Below, piece after piece: positions 11,336 through 24,759 of a DNA stretch of 64,000 nt. Position numbers and translations under genes: made by a program. Each line of letters begins with the position of its first letter. The first letter of the stretch is position 1. The stretch lies in the NCBI GenBank assembly GCA_951406725.2, contig OX597842.1:4774001-4838000 (forward strand). Reading direction: 5' to 3'. The notes beneath the pieces are model-generated. The model saw only the letters and a program-made list of their open reading frames with translations, had not been told where the DNA came from and did no database searches. The stretch is from Octopus vulgaris (taxonomy: Eukaryota).

Positions 11336-12278
11336 CATCATCATCATCATCGTCGTCGTTTAACGTCCGTTCTCCATGCTAGCATGGGTTGGACGGTTCG
11401 ACCGGGGTTCTGGGAAGCCAGAAGGCTGCACCAGGCTCCAGTCTAAATTTGGCAATGTTTCTGCAGCTGGATGCCCTTCCTAACGCCAACCACTCTGAGT
11501 GTAGTGGGTGCTTTTTACGTGCCACCTGCACAGGTGCCAGGCGGGGCTGGCAACGGCCACGGTCAGATTGGTGTATTTTATGTGCCACCGGCACGGAAGC
11601 CAGTCGAGGCGGTGCTGGCATCGGCCACGAGTCGGATAGTGCTTTTTACGTACCACCAGACCAGGGATCCTGGCTGGTTCAATTCGATTTCGATTTCGCT
11701 TGCCCCAACATGTCTTCACAAGCAAAGGGGGTTGGCAAGGGTGCCTGTCGTACGGTCGCATTGGAGTATTTTACGTGCCACGGCCACGAGTCGGATAGTG
11801 CTTTTTACGTACCACCAGACCAGGGATCCTGGCTGGTTCAATTCGATTTCGATTTCGCTTGCCCCAACATGTCTTCACAAGCAAAGGGGGTTGGCATGGG
11901 TGCCTGTTGTACGGTCGCATTGGAGTATTTTACGTGCCACGGCCACGAGTCGGATAGTGCTTTTTACGTACCACCAGGCCAGGGATCCTGGCTGGTTCAA
12001 TTCGGTTTCGATTTCGATTTCGCTTGCCCCAACATGTCTTCGCAAGCATGGGGGGTTGGCATGGGTGTCTGTCGTCGGATGAGGTTCTATATCGACTTCG
12101 CTTGCCTCAACCGGTCTTTGTGTCCAAGGGAGGAAAGGCATTCATAAGTGGGCTGGGCTCACTTGTCCTGCCTGGTCTTCTCACGTACAGAATATTTCCA
12201 AAGGTCTCGGTCTCTGGTCATTTCCTCAGTGAGGCCTAAAGTTCGAAGGTCGTGCTTCACCACCTCGTCCCAGGTTTG
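11336..12278 (-). mobile_element. RTE LINE 3' portion with an internal 159-bp tandem triplication
   Basis: (CAT)n tail at 11336. Units start at 11622, 11781 and 11940. ORF2 C-terminus (WDEVVKHDLR) near 12245-12275. Confidence 0.85.
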
Positions 12279-13624
12279 TGAAATTTGAGTTAATACTAAA
12301 TTGAATTTTTCCCTGTAAGTTTGGAGTTATACTCCCTAATATTATTATTATTATTCATTTAGCGTCCGCTTTCCATGCTAGCATGGGTTGGACGGTTCAA
12401 CTGGGGTCTGGGAAGCCAGAAGGCTGCACCAGGCCCAGTCTGATCTGGCAATGTTTCTACAGCTGGATGCCCTTCCTAACGCCAACCACTCTGTGAGTGT
12501 AGTGGTAATGCAATCACACTATCTTTAAGATAGCATGTTTTACATTGGTTTGATATCATTGTATCATATATTCCTGTAGTGTATGTGCATAAGTATGCAT
12601 ATGGTATGCATGTTGGGAGAATGCCGGCAAGACATACAACATGACTGAAGCTCTAACATCAATAATGGAAAACGTAGGGCTACAAGACGAAATGTAGTTA
12701 TATTAAGAGAGCGTGTGTTTATAAAGCAAAATTACTACTGGCTGGTGTTAGGGAGGGCATCCAGCTGTAAAAACCCTGCCAAAAGGGACAAAGTATAGTG
12801 CAGGCTCCTGTCAAACCGCCCAACCCACGCCAGGATGGAAGTCTGATGTTAGATGATGATGATGATATATATTGCAATGCATTTAAAATACAATTAATAT
12901 TTGTTACTAAACACAATATCTTAAAAATACTGTTATCCTATTTATTTTTATGTATAGTGAAAAATTGAACCCATTACATTTGCAGTATTGTCACCCTTTT
13001 GATGTAAACTGAACAAAAGAAGTATATTTTTTGTATATATATAACATGCAGTTGTACAGTTATATATTGTTACTTACAAAATGAAAGTCAAGCAAAGCCA
13101 ACTGATATATTATAGCAACATAGTATTATGTTAAAGCAATGAGCATATGTACACAAATTTGCCCCAGCAATTTAATTTCTTCATAACTTCAGATAAATGC
13201 ATATTTTTTAATTAATTTCCTATCATCATCATCATCATCTTTTAACGTCTGTTGCCATGCTGGTATGTGTTGGACAGTTTGACCAGGGCTGGTAAACTGA
13301 GGGGCTGCTCCACACTCCAGTCTGATTTCACATGGTTTCTATGGCTGGATGCCCTTCCTGATGCCAACCACTCCAAGAGTGTAGCAGGTGCATTTACGTG
13401 CCAATTGCGTGATACCAGTATCTACCATGACTATGATTTCACTTGACTTGGGGAAGGTGCCGTCCTGAATAACCTGATCAACTATATAGGTTGATTTGTT
13501 CTACTAAAACCCTTAATGGCAGTGTCCCAGCATGGCTGCTGTTCAATTACTGAAACGAAAGGGTTGTCAAATGTCTCTTTTCACTGCGTGAAGCATTGTG
13601 ACATAATAATAATAGTAATGTTAA

Positions 13625-13845
13625 TCTTACTCTATATAAAGAAAGATTCTGTCTGTCTGTTCCACAAGGTGAAACTAAAACCAGACACCATCTCTGATTT
13701 TCTTTTTTCTCTATCTGTCTATTTTCCCTCTCTTCCTTTCTTTCTCTCCTTCTTTCTCTCTCTCTCCCTCACTAAAAGAACACACACACAGAGGCATCAA
13801 ATGTTACATTTCTCTGTCAAAATACTGAAGCAAGAATAAAAGAAC

Positions 13846-13883
<38 letters not shown>

Positions 13884-15320
13884 ACATATATTCATGTTTC
13901 TGTTATTTAATACCGTGAGTATCCTCTCTTTCTGTATCTCTACCTCTCTATTTTCCCTCTCTTTCTGTCACTTTCTCTCCCTGTATTTCTGTCTCTTTCC
14001 GATAAGGATGAACTGACCATGTACATAAATGATAATCTTCCCAAGCTTGTACCTAATCAATGTCGTGCATATTCCACTGTCATAGAAAGTATTAACAATG
14101 ACACAGGAGGACTTTATCTTCTTAGATGCTCCAGGAGGCACTAGGAAAACATTTGTAATTAAACTCCTCCAGGCTAAAGTTTGTCACGAAAATAAAATAG
14201 CTTTAGCTACTGCTACTTCTGGGATTGCAGCAACGTTACTAGCCGGAGGTTGGACTGCCCATTCAACATTCAAGTTACCTTTAGATTTATCTAACAAACA
14301 AGATCCAGTTTGTAATATATCTAAAAATTCTGCAATGAGTGAACTAATACAAAGATGTCACTTGTCTGGGACGAACAGAGAAGAACAGTTTCTTACACTG
14401 AATTCAATATGTAATTCAACTCATTCCGTCGATGAAATCTTTCCTAATCTTCATGATTACAACAATACAAATTGGATCTGTGAGCGAGTTATCCTGGCTC
14501 CAAAATATGTTGCAGTACATAGCATTAATAATACTCTATTGAATAAGCTTCCAGGAGAAATATTCACTTATAACTCAATTGTCAGTGTTGATGATGATCA
14601 GGATAGTATTAACTACCCCATCAAATTTTTGAACTCACTAGAATCACTAGGTACAGCTCTTCATTGTCTTCAGCTGAAAAAAGGGATTCCTATTACACTA
14701 TTGCATAATTTGTCTCAACCAAAATTATACAATGGTACAAGATTAATTGTGCACAAACTTACAAGGAACTGCATTGAAGAAAAAATTCTCACTGGCTGTG
14801 GTAAAGGCGACACTGTCTTCATTCCTCGCATACCAGTTATACCTGTTTCTTTATTACCCACAAGGGGCTAAACATAGAGGGGAAAAAACAAGGACAGACA
14901 AAGGGATTAAGTCGATTACATCGACCCCAGTGCATAACTGGTACTTAATTTATCGACCCTGAAAGGATGAAAGGCAAAGTCAACCTCAGCGGAATTTGAA
15001 CTCAGAATGTAGCAGCAGACGAAACACCGCTAAGCATTTCGCCCGGCCTGCTAACTTTTCTGTCAGCTCGCTGCCTTTATACCAGTTATACCATGTAATG
15101 TCCCATTTCAATTAAAACAGTTACAATTTTCTATCCGAGTTTCTTTTGCCATGAGCATTAATAAAAGTCAGGGCCAAGCACTAAAAGTTGCTGGATTGCA
15201 ACTTGAACAACCATGCTTTTTACATGACCAGCTTTATGTAGGAGCATCATGTGTGGGAACAAAAGTAAATTTCTTTGCTTATGCACCCTGAAATAAAACA
15301 AAAAACATTGTTTATAAAGA
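13625..15320 (+). mobile_element. Helitron remnant with degenerate PIF1-like helicase
   Basis: 5' A|TCttactctatataaag. FLDAPGGTxKTF, ATSGIAATLL.GG.TAHSTFKLP, L.NGTRL, FIPRIP, then FAMSINKSQGQ and QLYV after the SINE. Internally deleted. Confidence 0.88.
14844..15078 (-). mobile_element. Full-length SINE family B with 14-bp TSD
   Basis: ataccagttatacc duplicated at 14830-14843 and 15079-15092. Interrupts the helicase frame. Confidence 0.92.
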
Positions 15321-16403
15321 ATATAAAATGTGTATATATGTTTGGGTGTCTGTGTTTGTTCCCCAACATCGCTTGACAACCGATGCTGGTATGTTTACAT
15401 CCCCGTAACTTAGCAGTTCGGCAAAAGAGACTGATAGAATAAGTACTAGGCTCATGAAGAATAAGTCCTGGGGTCGATTTCTTCGATTTGAGGCAGTGTT
15501 CCAGCATGGCCACAGTCAAATGACTGAAAGAAGTAAAAGAGTAAATATTCGCTCTTAATGCAACATGAATACTTCAATAACTTCGTTTCCCATTTACTAT
15601 CATTACGTTCAAGAATGACTGAATTACCCATTTCATTGAACTGTATTATATAATTGCCATTTCTGTATTGATAAATATAATTTTAAAAAAATAAAACTCG
15701 CTATTGTCATATAATAAACAAACAGAAGTTCGTGTATGAAGTTCATCTGTTTTCTACTTCAATTATTATATGAGACACTTGCAAGAGATCAGTCAGCCGA
15801 ACTATTTGCAGAGCAGCTTTTGGAAACTTGGTGTAGGGAGAGTTCCAATTGTTGAACAGTCCAAGTTTTTTTGGGGTTTTTTTTAATAGTGAATTTCATG
15901 TGGGTGTTACTCTGAAAATTTACCAAGAATACTTTCAGTCTGGCTTCTGATAAACAGTAAAATTAATTACCCAATCAACGATGGATGTATGTATGTACGT
16001 ACGAACGATCGTCCTCATCATCTTCAATTCTACTTCTTGCATCAGTGGGTCAGAATCTTCAATGGTCATCTGCCCTTCATGTTAACCCTCCCTACCCATT
16101 TCCAAGCAAAGTGAAAGTCCAATCCCCCAGACTATTGTGCAATAAACGGCCTGGTTATGTTTAAACCAAGAGTTGGAATATATTCACTATTATTCGATTG
16201 TATTTTTCGTAAAGTGGATTTTCTCATCAGACAACAAAGCAGTTTCCTGACATCTCACGTGATAGAATAATAGCTACTTAAGTGAAGGGAGACAATCATA
16301 CAGTGACTGTAGTATTGATCACTTCCCATGTATTGCACATTGCTTATAAGCAGGGATTTTTTTATTCACTGTGTGTGTGTATACGAACATACTTTTTTAA
16401 AAA

Positions 16404-17125
16404 TCTTTTACTTGTTTCAGTCATTAGACTGCTGCCAAGCTGGGGCACTGCCTTGATGAATATTTAGTTGAATGAATCAACCCCAGTATTTATTTTGATT
16501 TTTTGAAGCCTGGTACTTAATCTGTTGGTCATTTTTTCTGAACCACTAAGTTACAGGGATGTAAATACACTAACACCGGTTGTCAAGCAGTGGTGATGGA
16601 CAAACACAGACACACACACACGATGGGCTTCTTTCAGTTTCCATCTATCAAATCCACTCAACGTTTTTGTTGACCAAAGAGTGTAGTAGCAAACGCTCAA
16701 GATGCCACACAGTGGGATTGAACCTGGAACCATGTGGTTGGGAAGCAAACTTCATACCACACAAATACATATCTTTTTATCGACCATGGTGGGGTGCCAC
16801 TTTGAAAATCTTTCAATCACGTGGATCAACCCCAGTACTTCTTTTAAAGCCTGGTACTTATTCTATCAATCATTTTTGCTGAACTGCTATCATAAAGCCA
16901 CCCACACTCGTTGTCAAGCGAAGGTGGGGGACAAACATAGACACAGAGAAACACACACACGCAACAGGCTTCTTTCAGTTACCATCAACCAAATTCACTG
17001 ACAAAGCTTTGGTCAGCCTGAGGCTAAGTAGAAGATACTTGCCCAAGGTGCCATGCTGTGGAACTGAACCTGGAACCATGTGATTGGGAAGCAAGCTTCT
17101 TACCACACAGCTAAATCTACACCTA
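16404..17125 (-). mobile_element. Two tandem diverged SINE A copies
   Basis: Reverse complement of the family A body, present twice, ending about 50 bp before the Hakai exon acceptor. Confidence 0.8.
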
Positions 17126-17175
17126 TTGTTTGATTTTATCCTCTGTCTTTAATATTTTTTTTTCGTTTTTTCCAG

Positions 17176-17237
17176 ATACCATGTAAACATGTATTTTGTT
17201 TTGATTGTGCAAAGAAGACAGAAAAGACTTGCCCAAG
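17176..17237 (+). CDS. CBLL1: Hakai/CBLL1 internal coding exon (C-terminal half of C3HC4 RING)
   Basis: Polypyrimidine tract, then ccag|ATA and AG|gtatgt. Translates IPCKHVFCFDCAKKTEKTCP(R). 62 nt, phase 0 to phase 2, compatible with both neighbours. Confidence 0.93.
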
Positions 17238-18363
17238 GTATGTACCCTTTCTAATCTGTTTTGACATTAGAGTAGTTGTGAGATGGTCATGCACCAAACT
17301 AAATGCTTTACAACAGTATTTCTTAATCATTTTTTCCCATGGACTCCTTTGGTTCATACTTTACTTAGAAAGACCCTCCATAGCCATTCAATGTGTATAT
17401 TAAAAAATCCTAATGTATTTTAATAAACAAGTATTATTAAAATTTGTATTAAAAAAATTAAAATATTTTGTGTATTGTAGAAGTATAAGCAATTTATTGC
17501 AGATAAACTTCTTGACATTGTGAGTGCAAATTCTTGCCAGTGTTTGAATCATCATCACCACCATCATCATCATTTAACATCCACTTTTGCGCACTCACAT
17601 GAGTTGGACAGAGCTTGTTGAAGCAGGATTTTTATGGCCAGATGCCCTTCATGTCTCCAACCCTCCCCTGTTTCCAACTAGGGTAATATTCCCCATGGCC
17701 AAACATGTTTTCACAGAAGGTTAGGACTTTGTTGTGTGTGATACATTTAACCTCTCTACGATCTCTCACACAGTTATATGACAATCAGATTCAATTATAG
17801 ATTTGATTCAGTCATCATTAACTTTAGCAAGTTGACCAGAACATTGGTCGTCTTTGAATGAAAAATTTCCAGAACAGAATTTTTAAAACCATTTCTGACA
17901 TGTGCATTCTGTTAAGCAATCAACACCATAAACTTCTCTTTGTGAGCCTCAGTAGCATCCTTGTGGAAATAAAAAAGCAAATATGTCAGTCCATGTTAAA
18001 ATTGACACTGAACAAACAGCTGTAAACAAAATTACACATAATTTGCTTCAAAAGTAAGCTAAAAGTAATGGCTATGAAATGTCAGAAAGAAAAAAATCAT
18101 AACATTGACAAAAGTCATTCAACAAAATCATAACTCTGTCTATTTGGGAAAAACGTAATTACTTTCTTGCCAACTCAACACACACAAGCATATACATATG
18201 TGAATGGCTTCTTTCAATTTCTGGCCAGAGCTTATAGTAGAAGACATTTGATCAAAGTTTCACACTAAGACTGAACCCAAAACCATGCAATTTGGAAGCA
18301 AACTTCTTATCACTTAGTCATACCTGCACCTAGTGTACTTTTTGTATATGTTATATGTGTGTG

Positions 18364-18406
<43 letters not shown>

Positions 18407-20056
18407 GATAAGATAATATATTAAATACATTAAAAATGTAATATATTTAAATATATTAAGATACAGGTAGCATATTAGCAATTAAAATCTAACAAAGAAT
18501 TAATAAATGAGGGTACAAAAAAGCACCAATTGCTAGAAATAAGAGTCAGAAAATAACTTGATTACCACACAAAGCACTGACTTCATGAGATTGATGAAAA
18601 GTGAGGGGGGAGGGAGCAAACCCACCTTTCTACTGTGAGACAAACTCACGAAATGAAGTAAACGGATACATATATATAATCATCATTGTCATTATCATAT
18701 AATATCCTTCCATGCTGCCATAGGTTGGATGGTTTGACAGGAGCTGGCTAGGTGGACACCTGCACCATACTTCTGTGTCTGTTTTGGCAGGGTTTTTACA
18801 GCTGGATACCCTTCCAACCACACCACAGAGTGGGTTGAGTGCATTTTATGTGGCACTAGCACAATTGGGGTCAGTTTTGGCAAGGTTTTTACAGCTGGAT
18901 GCCTTTCCAAATGCCAGCCACTTTACAGTGTGGACTGGATGCTTTTTAAGTGGCACCAGCACCAGCAGGGTCACCAAGTAACTTTGCAAGACAAGGAATC
19001 TTTGAGAGTGGAGGAGGTGATCTTGTTTCAGATGATGAAAGGTTAGATTAGAGTGTGACGGATACACAGAAATAGGTGTGTTGCTGTTGAGGAGATACCT
19101 GGTTCCACAGCAGGAGAGTGAGAGAAAGAAAGAGGGCAGGAACAAGTGTGCTGCTGTAAAAGAGATAGAAAGTTACCTAGCAAGAGGAGAAGGGAGGGAG
19201 AGTGATCAGTAATGAGGGCAGAAAGATGGGTGCTGCTGTAGAGGAGATACATGGCTACCCAGTCAGGTGGAAGAGCAAGGGAAAGAGAGAGAGAGAGAGA
19301 GAGAGTGGGAAACAGCAAAAGTGCAAGAGAGAGCAGAAGAGACATGGCAGCAAGGCGCCAGGGTATACTCGCAAGGAATGGGGATTAGGGTACAGATGGG
19401 ATGGTAGTGTAAGGAAGAGAGAGGTAAGTGGTGGCAGATGGCAGGGCATACTTCCAAGGTATGGAGGCCATAATATTTGTGACCAAGTATTGGCAAGAGG
19501 TACGAGTAGGGGTGGGGAATGCTATGACTGGTGAAATGCACACGTGTATGTACATGTGTGTCAGTGCATACAACAGGCTTCCACACAGTTTCTGTCTACC
19601 AAATTCATTCACAAGGCATTGATTTGCCCAGGGCTATAGTAAAAGACTGCCTGAGGTGGTTACATAGTGGAACTGGCCCCAAACTCCTGTGATTGCAAAG
19701 CAAGCCTCTTAACTGCATGGCCATGCCTGTATCATTACCAGCATCATATTATGCCATCTTCCCATGCTGACCTAGAAATACGAAAAAGTGATGACACAGG
19801 GAAAACTCCATTAGCTCACAGCTGTTTCTGCTATAAGATGTAGTAGACTCATAGTAGAGTGCCTGAAATACATCCTATAGCTTCATTGGGAACCCCAAAT
19901 ATGAAGTGAAATTTGGGAGCCTCAGATAAGAATTGCAATATACATGGAAGGCAGTGAGAAAGTCATTGCTGATGTATATAAAAAGTTTGTTCAAAAGGCA
20001 GGTAGATTTACTAGTAGAAAAGGTAGAAAAAAAACAGAAAAAATATATTTATATAT

Positions 20057-21190
20057 ACAAAGTTTAGAAAGCTTCTTCCCCTAATGGCAACAAAGGGTCT
20101 CTTGCTCAGAGTGAAAGGTAGATTGTATGATGCATGTGTGCGAACTACCATGCTTCATGGTAGTGAAACATGGGCTGTGATTGTGGAGGACATGCGTAGG
20201 CTCGAAAGAAATGAAGCTAGCATGATCCGCTGGATGTGTAATGTCAGTGTCCATGCACGACAGAGTGTAAGTTCCCTGAGAGAAATGTTGGACATAAGAA
20301 GCATCAGATGCAGTGTGCAGGAGAGACGTTTGCATTGGTATTGTCATGTACTACAGATGGATGAGGAGAGATGTGTGAAGAAGTGCCACTCCCAAACTGT
20401 TGGAGGAATCCGGGGTAGAGGTAGACCCAGGAAGACATGGGAGGAGGTGGTCAAGCATGACCATCATACGTTGGGCCTCACAGAGGCTATGATAAAGGAC
20501 CAAGACCTCTGGAGATATGCTGTGACTTCAGAGACCCGGCAAATGAAGTGAATTCATGGCTCGCAGGACGGCCTGCTGTGCTTGAGGAGACCTATTGTGT
20601 CAAGTACATCAACATCAAAATAAAAATTGAATGGATATTGTAGTTGTGATACCTGTGCCAGTGGCATGTTGGGCCTCACAGAGGAAATGACGAAGACCGA
20701 GACCTCTGAGATATGCTGTGACTGTGAAGACCCGACAAATGAAGTGAGTCCATGGCTCGCAGGACGGCCTGCACTCTAGTGACCCGCTGTTCTTGAGGAG
20801 ACCTATTGAGTCAAGTACGTCAAAGCCAACATAAAAATAAAAATCAACTGGAAATTGTAGTTAAGATACCTGTGCCAGTGGCACGTAAAAAGCACCACCC
20901 GAACATAGCTGATGCCAGCACCACCTGTCTGGCGTCCGTGTTGGTGACATGTAAAAAGCACCAACCGATCGTGGCCGTTTGCCAGCCTCTTCTGGCACCT
21001 GTGCCGGTGGCACGTAAAAAGCACCCACTACACTCATGGAGTGGTTGGCGTTAGGAAGGCCATCCAGCTGTAGAAACACTGCCAAATCAGACTGGAGCCT
21101 GGCGCAACCTCCTGGCCTCCCAGACCCAGGTCGAACCGTCCAACCCATGCTAGCATGGAAAACAGATGTTAAATGATGATGATGATGATG
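20057..21190 (+). mobile_element. RTE LINE ORF2 C-terminus + 3' UTR with (GAT)n tail
   Basis: KGRLYDACVRTTMLHGSETW...RGRGRPRKTWEEVVKHD. An internal duplication of about 200 bp (20470/20668). Confidence 0.9.
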
Positions 21191-23844
21191 TGTACATGTA
21201 CACAAAAAACACCTGCAGATACATAGCTCCACATATATTCACGTGCACACACAGATACACATCTATGTGTATATGTACATTTACATATATACACACATGC
21301 ACACACCCATATGAAATGCTTATCCACAAACATGCATATTCACACTACATACACATACACAAAAACAAATAATAAACCAGATGGAGACAGAGATCGGCAC
21401 ACATGTATGTACACATATATATACATACAAACATACATACACACACATAAATGTATATATTTACACATATATTCACCACCATAAGGTATAGCCCCATGCA
21501 TGGTGTGTAGACGGAAACTGTAAAAAGCTCGTTGTGTGTATGTATGTATGTACGTATATATATATATATATATATATAGGTAAAACAGTAAGATAACAAA
21601 AGAAAGAAAGAGACCTCGATATTATGTAAATAGAGGAATTTATCTGTAATTGTAATGTGTGACAATTATTCAGTAGCCAAGATATTCTGTATTGTTACCC
21701 TTAACCCTGATTTTTTCTTGTGCTTGTGCGTATGTAGATGTATGTATGAACTTTTACGGTGTGCGCGCGTGTGTGTGAGTTTGTATGTATATGCATATAC
21801 ATTTGGCGAAGGATGCGAGTGAAGATGTGTACGTTTTTCTAGTGAGGGTGGATGAATGTATGCGTATGCACGTGAGAGTGCGGGCGCACATGTGTAGGTA
21901 TGAACAGGCGCGCTTACGCGAATACTATGAAATTTTTATATATATATATATATATATTACATTTACAGATATATATATATATGTATATATATATATGCAT
22001 ATATACATACATATATGTACATACCTACATATATATGTATATATACATGCATATATGGGTACAGGATATCAAAAAAACATTGAACACAATGAGAAACGAA
22101 AACTTAAAAACAAAAACATAAAAACGAACTTTTTTTCGAACAATGAAAAAAAACAAACAGAGAAACGTGACATGCAACATAAAGAATATTCCCCTACATC
22201 AGTTGTCCCCTGTTTCGTCTACTTCCATGTTTCGAGGGTAAGAACAATACGCGACTTCGTTGAAACAGTCCTTCCCGCAAAGCAAATTAAATAAAATTTG
22301 GGATTTTTTGGAGAGAGTGAAAGTGGTAACAAGAACAGGACAATGAGAACAAGACAGTAAAAACAAACGGTGAGGGCTGTTAAGCCAAGACGATAGAAAA
22401 ATTATTCTGAACGCTAGGAAGACAAGCTATGAAAGGAGACAGGTATAAGCATGTCTTTAGGAAGGAAATGGACAGAAATATGTTATAATCTCTAGCCTAC
22501 TTACTCATCCCACAACCATAGATTTATCTATAAACAGGTAGCTAGCTAGGTATATACTCATGTACATATTTTAGTCATATCTTCTCCCTCTCTCTTCCTC
22601 TTTCTGCCTGTATATGCCTATATTTTTTTTATGCATATATATATATATATATATATATCCCTCTCTCTCTTTCGGAGAGGCACTGAGCAGCTATACGCAC
22701 ACATACACACACAGCAGTAACTTCCACCTACCGAATTCAATCACAAAGCTCCGGTCGGCTCGGGGCTATAGTGGAAGACACCTACCCAAAGTGCCATGCA
22801 GTGGGACTGAACCCGAAACCATATAGCTAGGAAGCAAGCTCCCTAATACTCATACATATGCATGCCTATCTATGTACCTCTGCATGTGCATATATGAATG
22901 TGCACACACGCGTATGTTTGTTTACATTTCTTAGATCGATAAAATCATTTTATTGATAAATATAATTTATGATAAAAAATTTGATTTAATTTTCCTTCTG
23001 GTGGATTCAAAGCTAAATACAGTTCGCTGCCTCTGACCGTCACTCACAGCCACTCTGTTTGTTGTTTTACTCTTCTTTCCCTAGTGTCTCTGGAGCAGAG
23101 TCTTTAAATGCTGTCTGCTGCCTGCTTTAGTATCTCTCACTGCCACTTTGTTGTTTTGCTATTCTTTGCCTACAGCATCACTGACAGAAACTCACTGTTT
23201 TATCATACAAGAAGATATTTATATAAATAAATAAATACACACACCAGATTTTTAGTCTTACAATGCCTAAGCTATATACATACATACATACATACATATA
23301 TATATATTTAGAGATAGTAGACCCCTTCATCTCACCATATAAAAAAGAATTTTTATTTTAAATACCTACAACTTTATAACTTGGCTACACATGTTTCATG
23401 AGGTACATTTCCCGATTCCTAAACTACTCCATGTTTTGCTGGAACCATTCTTAAAATATGGAGTGGTTTAGGAATCGGGAAATGTACCTCATGAAACATG
23501 TGTAGCCAAGTTATAAAGTAGTAGGTATTTAAAATAAAAATTCTTTTTTATATGGTGAGATGAAGGGGTCTACTATCTCTAAATATATATATATATATAT
23601 ATATACTAGTATTATAACCGATTTCATTCGGGTTTACACAGGCCACATTTTAAAAGATGAGGAATTTTGCCCTTGAGGCCACACCTTTCAATTGAGCAAA
23701 CTGAAAGTTGCCATGCAAGCTCGCTAGCACTTTTATCATCATAGGTGTGTCAATTTTCAGCTCAATCCAACCACATTTACTAACACTTTTGTCTGCACAA
23801 CTGCTTGTGAGACAACGTCTGCCTTTTCAGAAATATAGAGTAGA

Positions 23845-24212
23845 CTAGCAGTATCGCCCGCCGTTGCTCAGGTTTGTAAGGGAAATAACTATAAAGCATT
23901 TTTAGAGAGTTATAGCCAAAAAATAGCAAAAAAATGGGGGAAATGATGGTAAATTTTTTTGAGAGTTAAAAAGGTGGAGTTGCGTCCCCTAGACGGTCTG
24001 TGGTTTGGGTTTCTGATTCTCGACCCCATGTCGAATTTATCGATTTTTTCAGAACTGGGGGAACTTTTCAAAATTTTCGCTGCGTTAGTTTTGAATTATG
24101 ACATTGGGCTATGTGTGTGTCAAGTTTCATCAGAATCGGTTGAAAGCCGTGGTCAGAGTGAGGGTACAACCTAACAGACACACAGACAAACTGCCGTTTA
24201 TATAGAGAGAGA
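23845..24212 (-). mobile_element. Non-autonomous Helitron sharing its 3' end with 4725-5976
   Basis: actagcagtatcgcccgccgttgctcaggtttgtaagggaaataactat is the near reverse complement of 5930-5977. The other end reads tttatatagagaga|t. Confidence 0.8.
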
Positions 24213-24759
24213 TTATAACCTGATTTCATTTGGGTCTACTCGAACCACATTTGAGCAGGCGGCAATTGTAGGTGTGAGTATATTCTCATGAATTCGCCTG
24301 GGGTTAAAACACCTGAAAGCCATAGACAAGTGAGATAACTTGCATCAGGTCTCGTTACTGGAGCGGTAGACATTAATGTTTCGTCATTTTACACTATTTT
24401 GCATCTAGTCATAGAAAGCGATTTCGGGCATGCGGTATTGACAAGTCACAAATGACAAAACATTAATGTCTATCACTCATCTAATGGGACCTGGTGCATG
24501 TTATCTTGCTTGTCTATGACTTGTAGGTAAATTAATTAGAATATATTCTCTTACACCTACGATCGCTGCCTGCCCACAAACTGACAAAACACATTGTGTA
24601 TGTGTGTTTGATATTGTTTATATCCCTTGGGCTGCTTCTCATTCATATCTATCTATCTATGTATATATAAAATTAAATACATAACCTAAAGAGCAACTTA
24701 TAGTCTCATGCTATTATGATACTTGAATAAGCATAAAGCAATCTTTCAGGTTCTGCTTA

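Noticed and set aside
11622-12075. Regularly spaced repeats suggesting a CRISPR-like array
   Set aside because: Whole units are duplicated with no unique spacers, within a eukaryotic LINE UTR.
14098-14871. Host PIF1 helicase gene
   Set aside because: Intronless, internally deleted, Walker A mutated, SINE-interrupted and preceded by a Helitron 5' end.
17222-17240. Exon end aagacttgcccaaggt resembling the SINE A motif gaagacacttgcccaaggt (possible exonisation)
   Set aside because: It encodes the conserved RING residues KTCPR. The match is short and likely coincidental.
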